DNA of 64,000 nt, taken from the NCBI GenBank assembly GCA_003343845.1, contig QAKK01000025.1, positions 66,418 through 130,417 of the forward strand, read 5' to 3'. The position numbers were made by a program, and so were the translations under genes. This document shows, piece after piece, positions 16,780 to 25,116 of this stretch (position 1 is its first letter; each line of letters starts with the position of its first letter). The notes under the pieces are model-generated. The model was not told where the DNA came from and searched no databases. It was given only the letters and a program-made list of their open reading frames with translations. Source of the DNA: Oscillospiraceae bacterium. Its GTDB lineage: Bacteria; Bacillota; Clostridia; Oscillospirales; CAG-272.

Positions 16780-18598
16780 AGAATTTGAGGGCTTTGAGGG
16801 CGAGCTTGACGACGACTACGACATCTCGACCCCGGGGCATGCGGGCGCGACGCTCCGCCGCTTTCTGAAAACCGCGTCTGACCAGTGGGTGCGGCTCGCC
16901 ATCGTCACCCTCTCCATCGTGTGCTACACGGTACTGACCGTCTACGCCCCCTTCCGCAGCGCGGGCGTGGTTGACCTGCTGTGGAATCAGATTCAGGCGG
17001 CAAACGCTGCGGGTGTGCGCTTCTCCATCACCTGGGCAGACGGCGGGCGCGACATTTTCGTGCTGCTGCTCGTCTACCTCGGCGTGGGTGCGTTCTACTT
17101 CTTACAGAGCTTTCTCATGGCGAGCTTTGCCGAGAACATCAGCTACCGCCTGCGCTGCGCCATCGCCGACAAACTGAACCGCCTGCCGCTTGCCTTCTTT
17201 GACAAAAACAAGCCGGGCGCGATCCTCACGCATGTGACCAACGACCTCGACAAGGCGTCCGAAGCGATGCAGACCGGCGTTTTGCAGCTGCTTTCCGCCG
17301 CCGGGATGATCGTCGGCTCGATCGCCATGATGTTTTATTTCAACGTGTGGCTGACGCTCGTGTTCCTCGCCTTTTCGGCGATCGCGGTCTTTGCCACGAA
17401 GAAGATCTCAGATGTGACGCTCCGCGCCGCCGAACGGCGGCAGGCATGTGTCGGCGCGGTGACGGCAATGGTGGAGGAGAACTACACCGGGCGCACCGTC
17501 GTCAGGGCATTCTGCCGCGAGGATGCGTCGTCCGCCGCGCTGCACGGCGCAGCGGAACAGTTGGCGGAGGCATCCCGCAAGGCGGACTTCATGGTCGATG
17601 CGATCAACCCCGCCATCCGCCTCATCAACCGCGTGGGTCAGGTGCTGCTCGCCGTGTTCGGCGGCGCAATGCTGCTGCGCGGCAGGATAAGCGTGGGCGT
17701 TTTTCAGGCGTTCTTCCAGTACGTCGGGCAGGCGGCGGAGCCGCTGACCGAGATCGCGTATATGACCAACTCCATGCAGTCGGCGCTCGCCTCGTTCGAG
17801 CGGGTCTACGGGCTGCTCGACGAGGCGGAGCTCCCGCCCGAGCCGTCCGCACCGTATGTTCCCGGCGAGGTGCGCGGCGAGGTGGAATTCCGGCATGTGC
17901 GCTTCGGCTACACGAAAGAAAAATGCCTGATGCAGGACGTGAACTTCCGCGCGCTGCCCGGACAGAAGATCGCCGTGGTGGGCAGCACCGGCGCGGGCAA
18001 GACCACGCTTGTCAACCTGCTGATGCGCTTCTACGACACGGACGGCGGCGAGATCCTGCTGGACGGCAGGGACATCCGCGAGATGACCCGTGCCGACCTG
18101 CGCCGCGTCTTCGGCATGGTGCTCCAGGATGCGCGCCTCTTTGAGGGGACGATCGCCGACAACATTGCCTACGGCAGACCCGACGCGACGCGCGAGGAAA
18201 TCGTCGCCGCCGCAAAGGCGGCGCGCGCGGATTTTTTCATCCGCACCCTGCCGGGGGGATACGACACCCCGCTCGACAGCGACGCCGAAAAGATCTCGGT
18301 CGGGCAGCGGCAGCTGCTCACGATCGCGCGCGTCCTCTGCTGCAACCCCGCCGTGCTGATCCTGGACGAGGCGACCTCCTCGGTCGACACCCGCACCGAG
18401 ATCGAGATCGGCAAGGCGGTGAAGAACCTGCTGCGCGGGCGGACGTCGTTTGTCATCGCGCACCGCCTGTCCACCATCACCGATGCCGACCTGATCCTCT
18501 ACATGGAGGACGGCAACATCGTAGAATCCGGCAATCATGAGACCCTGCTTGCCCGCGGGGGGCGGTATGCCGCGCTCTACAACAGCCAGTTTTCCTAA
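16772..18598 (+). CDS. ABC transporter permease/ATP-binding protein (partner half)
   Basis: GSTGAGKTT, SVGQRQL and LILDEATS motifs. It overlaps the upstream half by 8 nt (heterodimeric exporter). Confidence 0.93.
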   Translation: MDEEFEGFEGELDDDYDISTPGHAGATLRRFLKTASDQWVRLAIVTLSIVCYTVLTVYAPFRSAGVVDLLWNQIQAANAAGVRFSITWADGGRDIFVLLLVYLGVGAFYFLQSFLMASFAENISYRLRCAIADKLNRLPLAFFDKNKPGAILTHVTNDLDKASEAMQTGVLQLLSAAGMIVGSIAMMFYFNVWLTLVFLAFSAIAVFATKKISDVTLRAAERRQACVGAVTAMVEENYTGRTVVRAFCREDASSAALHGAAEQLAEASRKADFMVDAINPAIRLINRVGQVLLAVFGGAMLLRGRISVGVFQAFFQYVGQAAEPLTEIAYMTNSMQSALASFERVYGLLDEAELPPEPSAPYVPGEVRGEVEFRHVRFGYTKEKCLMQDVNFRALPGQKIAVVGSTGAGKTTLVNLLMRFYDTDGGEILLDGRDIREMTRADLRRVFGMVLQDARLFEGTIADNIAYGRPDATREEIVAAAKAARADFFIRTLPGGYDTPLDSDAEKISVGQRQLLTIARVLCCNPAVLILDEATSSVDTRTEIEIGKAVKNLLRGRTSFVIAHRLSTITDADLILYMEDGNIVESGNHETLLARGGRYAALYNSQFS

Positions 18599-18642
18599 GG
18601 GCGGACGGATACGGCGGGAGGCAGACAGCGCGCTTCCCTTCT

Positions 18643-19059
18643 TTATTTCTTCTCTTTGTTTATGTACCGGTCGTGCTTGCGGCGGACATAGGACTCGTCA
18701 TGCTCGCCCGCGAGGAACGCGATGCGCTGCCAGGAACGCACGCCGTCCACATACCGCAGCATGAACAGCTCGCGCACGTCGCTGTCCGGGATCTCCTCGA
18801 TATACCGGATGAGCAGCGCCTCCTCTGCCTCGGCGGCGCGCAGATAATCCATCAGCGCGTCGCGCTTATCCGCAAGCAGCGCGCGCAGCGCCGCTGCCTC
18901 GGCATCGTCCGCCGCCTGCTTCAGGCGGTTTTCCGCCGCGGCAATGCGCTGCCGCGTGCGCGTGATCTCCCGCCGCAGCCCGACCAGGCGTTTCAGCCGC
19001 GCTTTATCCATCTGCATGCCGTCCGTGCCCGCGGTGCTTTCTTCTCTGTCGATGCTCAT
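18643..19059 (-). CDS. coiled-coil plus sigma-70 region-4-like HTH protein (phage/ICE-type regulator, DUF1492/Tn916-Orf7-like by eye)
   Basis: C-terminal IPDSDVRELFMLRYVDGVRSWQRIAFLAG resembles a sigma region 4 HTH. The ATG (19059) overlaps the TGA of the upstream small gene (ATGA). Confidence 0.6.
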   Translation of the reverse strand: MSIDREESTAGTDGMQMDKARLKRLVGLRREITRTRQRIAAAENRLKQAADDAEAAALRALLADKRDALMDYLRAAEAEEALLIRYIEEIPDSDVRELFMLRYVDGVRSWQRIAFLAGEHDESYVRRKHDRYINKEKK

Positions 19060-19256
19060 GCGTCCGCCCCCAGGTCGCGGAGCAGGGACTGCCACCGCGC
19101 AATGTCGCGGTCGGTGCGCCGCAGGGCGGCAAGCAGTTCATCCCGCTTTTCCCGCTCGGCATCGAGCTTATCACAGAGCGCCGCAATCTCGGCACGCATC
19201 TCCCGGCGGCTGCGCCCCGCGCCGCCGAGCGCTTCTTCGCTCACAAAAAAGTTCAT
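19056..19256 (-). CDS. small coiled-coil protein (66 aa), hypothetical
   Basis: AAAGGTGAG RBS before ATG 19256. Charged heptad-like sequence. Translationally coupled to the next gene. Confidence 0.5.
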   Translation of the reverse strand: MNFFVSEEALGGAGRSRREMRAEIAALCDKLDAEREKRDELLAALRRTDRDIARWQSLLRDLGADA

Positions 19257-19282
19257 AAATCTCACCTTTCCGCACAAATCTC

Positions 19283-19311
19283 TTGAAATACCGAAATATC
19301 TGTGCTACTAT
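19283..19311 (+). promoter_or_regulatory. rightward promoter TTGAAA-17-TACTAT with operator O1 in spacer
   Basis: TTGAAAtACCGAAATATCTGTgcTACTAT. O1 is at 19290-19303. Confidence 0.6.
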
Positions 19312-19341
19312 AGAATCAAACAGATGGTCTGCATATGAAAA

Positions 19342-19355
19342 ACAGAAATATCTGT
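19342..19355. promoter_or_regulatory. operator O2 ACAGAAATATCTGT between the two face-to-face promoters
   Basis: Exact ACAGA-N4-TCTGT palindrome arms. Confidence 0.55.
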
Positions 19356-19366
19356 ACCGTGTCTTT

Positions 19367-19395
19367 ATGGTAGCACAGATATTTCTGTATGTCAA
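19367..19395 (-). promoter_or_regulatory. leftward promoter TTGACA-17-TACCAT with operator O3 in spacer
   Basis: Minus strand TTGACAtACAGAAATATCTGTgcTACCAT, 26/29 identical to the rightward promoter. O3 is at 19375-19388. Confidence 0.6.
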
Positions 19396-19426
19396 GACTT
19401 TTTTTGCAAAATCGGAGGATTTTTTC

Positions 19427-19756
19427 ATGCAGCGAACCAACACGGAGATCGCAGAGAGCATCCGCGCGCTCGCAAAAGCGCGGGGCGTGACGATCAAACA
19501 GACGCTTGCCGACTGCAAAATCAACCGCAACTTCATCTACGACCTCGAACACGGCGGCTCGTCCCCCTCGGTGGACAAGATCACGCGCATCGCCGACTAC
19601 TTCGGCGTCAGCACGGCGGCGCTGCTCGCGGGCGAGACGGAACGCGGGGAGAGCGGCGACCTGCACGCCTTTCTCGAGCTGTACCGCCGCCTGTCCGACG
19701 CGGATCGCGCCGAGCTGCGCGCCTACATGCGGAAGCTGCTGGAAAACGGGGACTGA
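19427..19756 (+). CDS. XRE-family helix-turn-helix transcriptional regulator (109 aa)
   Basis: IRALAKARGVTIKQTLADCKINRNFIYDLEHG...ITRIADYFGVS is a classic HTH_3. GGAGG lies before ATG 19427. Confidence 0.9.
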   Translation: MQRTNTEIAESIRALAKARGVTIKQTLADCKINRNFIYDLEHGGSSPSVDKITRIADYFGVSTAALLAGETERGESGDLHAFLELYRRLSDADRAELRAYMRKLLENGD

Positions 19757-20040
19757 GTATCTCCCGCCGCCGTTCCGCCGCCCTCATCCGCATGATGGCG
19801 GTAGGCGTCGAGAACGGCATGTTCAAGCGTGTGCCGGAACGGCGCGTTGATCGGGTGGGCAATGTCGCGGTAGGTGCCGTCGCCGTTTTTGCGGCTGGGC
19901 ATCACGATAAACAGCTTTTCCTGCGCCTCGATGACCTTGATGTCGTGCACGGCAAACTGGTCGTCGAATGTGACCGATGCGACCGCGCGGAGCGGCGCCG
20001 TCTCAAAGGTCCGTCTGATTTTGACATCGGTAATTTCCAT
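19723..20040 (-). CDS. spoVG: septation/sporulation regulator SpoVG
   Basis: MEITDVKIRR...AVASVTFDDQFAVHDIKVIE...FIVMPSRK..DGTYRDIAHPIN. An alternative start is at 20052. Confidence 0.9.
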   Translation of the reverse strand: MEITDVKIRRTFETAPLRAVASVTFDDQFAVHDIKVIEAQEKLFIVMPSRKNGDGTYRDIAHPINAPFRHTLEHAVLDAYRHHADEGGGTAAGDTQSPFSSSFRM

Positions 20041-20191
20041 CGTGTACACCATGCTTTCGCCGCGGCGAAAGCTTCCTTTCTCCCGAATTTGCCGCACTGC
20101 GGTGATTGGGACGCTTAGATTATTTGACTGAATCACGCATTTTATACATATAATGAAAATAAGCCCACGGCGGGCTGAATGGGGGACGCAC

Positions 20192-21586
20192 ATGTCTGTA
20201 ACAAACACACATTTCGGCGCGGAAAAGATCTCGCGTATGCTGAGCGGCAGAAAAGCCGTCTATTTTCTCGGCATCGGCGGCATCACGATGTCGTCGATGG
20301 CGCATATCACGAAAACCATGGGCTATCGCGTCGGCGGCTCGGACCGCACGCTCTCGCCGCTGACCGAGCGGCTGGCGAAAGAGGGCATCGAGATCTTCTG
20401 CGGGCATGACGCATCGCATCTCGACGGCTATGACGCGCTGATCTACACCGTCGCCGTGCGTGACGACACGCCCGAGCTTGTCCGCGCCCGCGCCGAGGGG
20501 CTGCCCGTGATCTCGCGCGCGGATTACCTCGGCTACCTCATGCGCGGCTACACGCACCGCGTGGGGCTTGCCGGCATGCACGGCAAGAGCACGACCACCT
20601 CGATGACCACCGAGATCTTCCTCGCGGCAGGCGCTGACCCCACGGTCATCTCGGGCGCGGAGCTCTCCTCCATCGACGGCGCGTACCGCGTCGGCGGGCG
20701 GGAGAATTTCATCTTTGAGGCGTGCGAATACATGGATTCCTTTCTCGATTTCTACCCCACGGTCGCTGCTGTGCTGAACATCGAGATGGATCATGTGGAC
20801 TATTTCAAGAGCATGGCGCAGATCAAGCATTCCTTCCGCGCCTATATCGACAAGACCGTCGGCTGCGGCTGCGCCGTGCTGAACGCCGACGACGACAATG
20901 TCTGCGACATGGCGGAGGGCTTCGGCGGCAGCGTGCTGACCTTCGGCATCCGCCGCGCGGCGGACGTAACGGCGAAGAACATCACCTACGACCGCGGCAG
21001 AGCCTCGTTTGACCTCTGCCACGGCAGCATGAAAAAGCATGTGACCCTCGCGGTCTGTGGGGAGCACAATGTGTACAACGCGCTGGCAGCGGCGGCGTGT
21101 GCCATTCTCTGCGGCATCCCCTCGGGCGCGATCGTCACCGGGCTCGGCAACTTCCGCGGCGCGAAGCGGCGGCTGGAGTTCAAGGGCAAGCTCGGCGGCG
21201 CGGATGTGTACGACGACTATGCGCACCATCCCACCGAGATCGCGGCGACACTGGACGCAGCGCGGCAAATGGGCTACGACCGCGTGATCTGCGTCTACCA
21301 GCCACACACCTATTCGCGCACGAAGGGGTTGTTTGACGAATTTGCCGCCGCGCTCGGCAAAGCCGACCTGCCGATCCTCTGCGACATTTACGCGGCGCGC
21401 GAGACCGACACGCTCGGCGTGTCGAGCGAGCTGCTGGCAAAGGCGACACGCGGCGCGGTCTATATGGAGAGCTTTGACCGGATCGCCGATTACCTGCGGG
21501 AGCATGCGCGCGCGGGTGACCTCATCCTCACCATGGGCGCGGGCGACATCGCAAAGCTCGCCGGTCTGCTGCTCGGCGGGAAGTAA
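20192..21586 (+). CDS. murC: UDP-N-acetylmuramate--L-alanine ligase
   Basis: GIGGITMSSMA, GMHGKSTTTSM, and Mur ligase middle and C-terminal domains. Confidence 0.96.
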   Translation: MSVTNTHFGAEKISRMLSGRKAVYFLGIGGITMSSMAHITKTMGYRVGGSDRTLSPLTERLAKEGIEIFCGHDASHLDGYDALIYTVAVRDDTPELVRARAEGLPVISRADYLGYLMRGYTHRVGLAGMHGKSTTTSMTTEIFLAAGADPTVISGAELSSIDGAYRVGGRENFIFEACEYMDSFLDFYPTVAAVLNIEMDHVDYFKSMAQIKHSFRAYIDKTVGCGCAVLNADDDNVCDMAEGFGGSVLTFGIRRAADVTAKNITYDRGRASFDLCHGSMKKHVTLAVCGEHNVYNALAAAACAILCGIPSGAIVTGLGNFRGAKRRLEFKGKLGGADVYDDYAHHPTEIAATLDAARQMGYDRVICVYQPHTYSRTKGLFDEFAAALGKADLPILCDIYAARETDTLGVSSELLAKATRGAVYMESFDRIADYLREHARAGDLILTMGAGDIAKLAGLLLGGK

Positions 21587-21600
21587 GAAGCATACAATAG

Positions 21601-21637
21601 AAAGAAGCACCACCCCACCGGGGCGGTGCTTCTTTTT
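21601..21637 (+). terminator. intrinsic terminator after murC
   Basis: GAAGCACC...GGTGCTTC stem followed by TTTTT. Confidence 0.7.
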
Positions 21638-21639
21638 GT

Positions 21640-21815
21640 GCGTGGGAGAGCTGTACGAGACGCAAAGCGTTTCTTAGGCTTCCCCCTTGGGAGAGAGCTG
21701 TACGGGACGCAAAGCGTCTCGCGGAGTTTTCCCGGAGGGGAAACTCATTAGGAACGCAACGCGTTCCGGGGTACACTTCCCCCAAGGGGGAAGGCTTGGA
21801 TGCGGGTGTGTGCGC
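21640..21815. repeat. mosaic repeat cluster (partial H2, H1, H2 variant, H1)
   Basis: GGGAGAGCTGTACGAGACGCAAAGCG. GAGAGCTGTACGGGACGCAAAGCGTCTCGCGGAGTTTTCCC. CTTCCCCCaaGGGGGAAGGCTTGG. Confidence 0.8.
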
Positions 21816-21836
21816 AGCGTTTGTCTTTACGGATGC

Positions 21837-21866
21837 TTGAAAAGCATGCCGCCCGTGTGCTATAAT
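21837..21866 (+). promoter_or_regulatory. candidate promoter TTGAAA-18-TATAAT of the sigma/anti-sigma operon
   Basis: TTGAAA at 21837-21842 and TATAAT at 21861-21866. Confidence 0.5.
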
Positions 21867-21914
21867 GCTGGCAGAGAACAAATTCGGAAGGAAGGGTTGC
21901 ATTTGCTGACCGCC

Positions 21915-22475
21915 ATGCTGACCGCCTGCGGCATTGAAGACGCGGACGAACGCGAACTCGTGCAGCAGCTTTTTTTCACCTATGGGCGGCAGGTCAAGGC
22001 ACTCGCCCGGCATATCCTGCACAATGAGCAGGACGTCGAAGACGCCATGCACGACACCTTCCTGAAAATCATCCGATACCGCAAAAAGTTCACCGACGCC
22101 GACCCGACGGAGACCAAACGGCTGATCGTCATCCTCACAAAAAGCGTCTGCTTCAATCTCTACCGCCGCAAAAAACGCGAATGCGACCTCTTTGCGGCGG
22201 AGGACGGGGAACCCGATTTGCAAAGCGCGGGCGAAATCGACGCGATCGAAGCCTTTCTTGCGCACGAGAGCGCGGCGCGGCTGCGGGACGCGATCAACAC
22301 GCTGCCCGCCCCCGCGCGGGAGATCGTGCTGCTGAAATATTACGGCGACCTTTCCAACACCGAGATCGCCGCGCTGCTCGGCATTCCCGCATCCACAGTC
22401 GGCACAATCCTTTGGCGCAGCCTGAAAAAAATCAAAGAAAGAACGGAGGCATACTTCTGTGACAACAACGGATAA
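21915..22475 (+). CDS. sigma-70 family (ECF-type) RNA polymerase sigma factor
   Basis: Region 2 (EDAMHDTFLKII) and region 4 (REIVLLKYYGDLSNTEIAALLGIPASTVGTILWRSLKKI). The start is uncertain: ATG 21915, or in-frame TTG 21897/21903 just after GGAAGGAAGGG. Confidence 0.88.
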   Translation: MLTACGIEDADERELVQQLFFTYGRQVKALARHILHNEQDVEDAMHDTFLKIIRYRKKFTDADPTETKRLIVILTKSVCFNLYRRKKRECDLFAAEDGEPDLQSAGEIDAIEAFLAHESAARLRDAINTLPAPAREIVLLKYYGDLSNTEIAALLGIPASTVGTILWRSLKKIKERTEAYFCDNNG

Positions 22476-23163
22476 CCGGGAGCTTTGCGGTCTGGCGGCA
22501 GCAGCACGCCTCTGCCTGGATGAAGACGTCGCCGCTTTTGACGCGCCGGATACGACGGATGTGACAATCAGCCGCAAAGAGCGCGCGCGGATTCTGCGTT
22601 TGATCCGCGCCTCCGGGAAGCGGCGCAGCGGGCGTTTCGGCAAGGCGGCAGCCTGCTTTCTGCTCGTTTTTTCCCTGCTCTTTGCCGGGGCTATGTGCAT
22701 AGAGCCGATCCGTGCCGCGGTTTTGCATGCCATCCTTGACTGGTATGACGAATATGTCGCCGTGCATTTGACCGAGCCGAAGACCGAAACGCCGCCGAGC
22801 AGCATCGGCGAAATCATCCTGCCGGATATGCCCGAAGGATGGGAAAGCGAAGAAATCTCTTCTGACAGCGGACTTGTATTTTTCATCCTGCGTTCCCCTG
22901 CCGGACAGTGCCTATCGTTTCAGCAAACGATCACCGATGACACGCCGATTTGGCTTGACAGTACCGATTGCACCGTGCAGGAGATTTCCCTGCAAAACCG
23001 AAGCAGTGCGCAATTATTTACCTATACAGATGGGAAATACAGCATCATTTGGGAAAACCGCTATACTTTCCTGCTGACCGGTAAGGACATTGACCTTGAT
23101 ATTTTGCTTGCCATGGCGGAGAGCGTAAACGACAAAGCAGAACAGCTTTCGACAAAAAAATAA
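22459..23163 (+). CDS. anti-sigma-factor-like membrane protein with C-terminal DUF4367-like domain
   Basis: GTG start overlaps the sigma gene end. It has a single TM (AACFLLVFSLLFAGAMCI) and an extracytoplasmic domain (LPDMPEGWESEE...). Confidence 0.75.
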   Translation: MTTTDNRELCGLAAAARLCLDEDVAAFDAPDTTDVTISRKERARILRLIRASGKRRSGRFGKAAACFLLVFSLLFAGAMCIEPIRAAVLHAILDWYDEYVAVHLTEPKTETPPSSIGEIILPDMPEGWESEEISSDSGLVFFILRSPAGQCLSFQQTITDDTPIWLDSTDCTVQEISLQNRSSAQLFTYTDGKYSIIWENRYTFLLTGKDIDLDILLAMAESVNDKAEQLSTKK

Positions 23164-23311
23164 ATTTTTTAAAGAAAATGTGGGACGCATGCAACCTCCC
23201 GTTTGTTATATAGAGCAGAAGTAGATTTTCGCGATAAAACGCAGCGGTTTCCCGCCGAAATACGCCGTTCCGCTTGCGATGTGCTTCAATCTGAAAAAAG
23301 TGAGGGAAGAT

Positions 23312-23710
23312 ATGAAAAAACTTTGTTCTGTAATTTTGGCATGTCTTTGCATTGTCGTCATGTGCCTCGGCATCTCCGCAGAAGGCTCGGCGATGCCGCT
23401 TTGGGACAACTTCGATAGTTTGGTAACAAAAATCACATTTTCCGGCACATCCGGTTTGGCATCTGCTTCGATCTCCGATTCAACCTACTCGGCGGATGTC
23501 ACCGGAATGCTGACCGTATACAAACAGACAAAAGCCGGTTGGCTGTTTATCTGCCGTGAAACCGGAGAATCAAACCGCGGCGTTTTGAGCTTAAGTGCAA
23601 ATTTTACAGGTGAAAGCGGCGCGTACTACAAGGCAGAGTTCAGCGTGACGGTTACAAAAAACGGCGTCAGCGAACCGGCTACCAAAGTTGCCTACAAAAC
23701 TTGCCCATAA
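23312..23710 (+). CDS. small secreted hypothetical protein (132 aa)
   Basis: Signal peptide MKKLCSVILACLCIVVMCLGISAEG and GAGGGAAG RBS. AT-rich gene. Confidence 0.65.
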   Translation: MKKLCSVILACLCIVVMCLGISAEGSAMPLWDNFDSLVTKITFSGTSGLASASISDSTYSADVTGMLTVYKQTKAGWLFICRETGESNRGVLSLSANFTGESGAYYKAEFSVTVTKNGVSEPATKVAYKTCP

Positions 23711-23808
23711 ATCCAATCCGCAGTTGATGTCCCGCTCGGCGGCGGACTTCCGATGAAGTCCGGCGGGAAAAGACAATTATTTATATTGCTATGAAAGGAA
23801 ATCAAGAC

Positions 23809-25107
23809 ATGAAGAAAAACAAAGTTTTTTACAAAGCCATTTCTTTGATTCTGTTGACCGTTTCAACACTTTCTTTCCCTGCAAATGTTGCCGCGGCATC
23901 AATCGTTCCGCAAACCGTGACGGGTAGCGAGCATGAACCCAATAACACATTTGCAACCGCGCAAATTATGCATTCTGATTACACATTAACCGGGTATATC
24001 AACTCTGCTGGAGATGTTGATTATTATCAGGTTACATTCCCTGTTTCCGGGTATGCAAGTTTTTGGTTGGGGAACATTCCCTCCTCCATGGATTTGGATT
24101 TGTTTATTTATAATCAATCTCGCACACAAATTGCATCTTCTACCGGAAACGGAAACGCTGAACTCATTTCCAATGTTGCTGTCACGGCGGGGCAAAAATA
24201 TTATATAAAAGTCGAATCTTTCCATGCGGACTTATACGATGCTTCAAACCCGTATTTGATTCGCACAAAAGTGCAAATGAATTCATATGCGTATTTTTCT
24301 CAGAATCCTACCAACTTTAGCACAACCAATCTCGAAAAAACTTACACATCATACGATTCATCGGACTGGAAGTCTCTGTTGACTAACACCGGATGCGTTA
24401 TATGCGGATACGCAATGATTCTAAACAACCTCGGAGCAACTTTGACAGAGAAGATGAAAGATGTTCGCACGGCAAATTCCAACGGAGATATGACTGATGT
24501 AGCGAGTATGGAAGCAGATCCGTACAGCGTTATGCTTGCGGCATGCAACATTACCAATTCCTCCGCGATTACTTATTCTAACGGCAGATTCAATATTGCC
24601 GCTAAAAAGGACCCGATGCGGTCAGCTATTGCAACGGTTTCCGAAAAATTTGGAACTAACTACAAACTTTACAAATTCACTTCTGGTTCTAAAACCGCCA
24701 CATACAAAAAGCAACTTGCTGCATATTTGGTTGCCGAGCATCCGCAGGGAATCGGCTTGTATTTCAGCAACGGAAGCAGTATGCACTTGGCTGTATTAAC
24801 CGAGTCATCGTATACGGTGGGAGAAGATTTTGTGCCGATGAGCCCGACCTCTTCAACCGCTCTCGGTTATTCGGAAGAGCTCGAACAAAACAGTGAATCA
24901 TTCAATATGCAGCCGACAGCGGTTGCTTCGGATGCAGCGCTCCTGGGAACCAAAGCTGCAACGACGATTGAGGACGGCGATAAATTTATCATCTATGACC
25001 CATATCACGAAAGCACATCTAAGGGGGATGGCATTCTCCTTTCTAACAGCTATACCGGCAAAGTTTATACATGGGACGATTTGTATACGATTTCTGTATT
25101 TTATTAA
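23809..25107 (+). CDS. secreted protein: N-terminal pre-peptidase C-terminal (PPC)-like domain plus putative papain-fold (C39-like) cysteine peptidase domain
   Basis: Signal peptide, then EPNNTFATAQ...GDVDYYQVTF...DLDLFIYN...KYYIKVESF (PPC pattern). Candidate Cys/His/Asp triad: NTGCVICGYAMIL, SSMHLAVL, IIYDPY. Confidence 0.6.
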   Translation: MKKNKVFYKAISLILLTVSTLSFPANVAAASIVPQTVTGSEHEPNNTFATAQIMHSDYTLTGYINSAGDVDYYQVTFPVSGYASFWLGNIPSSMDLDLFIYNQSRTQIASSTGNGNAELISNVAVTAGQKYYIKVESFHADLYDASNPYLIRTKVQMNSYAYFSQNPTNFSTTNLEKTYTSYDSSDWKSLLTNTGCVICGYAMILNNLGATLTEKMKDVRTANSNGDMTDVASMEADPYSVMLAACNITNSSAITYSNGRFNIAAKKDPMRSAIATVSEKFGTNYKLYKFTSGSKTATYKKQLAAYLVAEHPQGIGLYFSNGSSMHLAVLTESSYTVGEDFVPMSPTSSTALGYSEELEQNSESFNMQPTAVASDAALLGTKAATTIEDGDKFIIYDPYHESTSKGDGILLSNSYTGKVYTWDDLYTISVFY

Positions 25108-25116
25108 AATAATATT

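Noticed and set aside
18643-19756. Prophage or integrative conjugative element at the XRE/sigma-like switch.
   Set aside because: No integrase, excisionase, terminase, capsid, tail, relaxase or coupling protein genes are present, and no att-like direct repeats were seen. The flanks are ordinary chromosomal genes (ABC exporter, spoVG, murC). It is treated as an orphan regulatory module instead.
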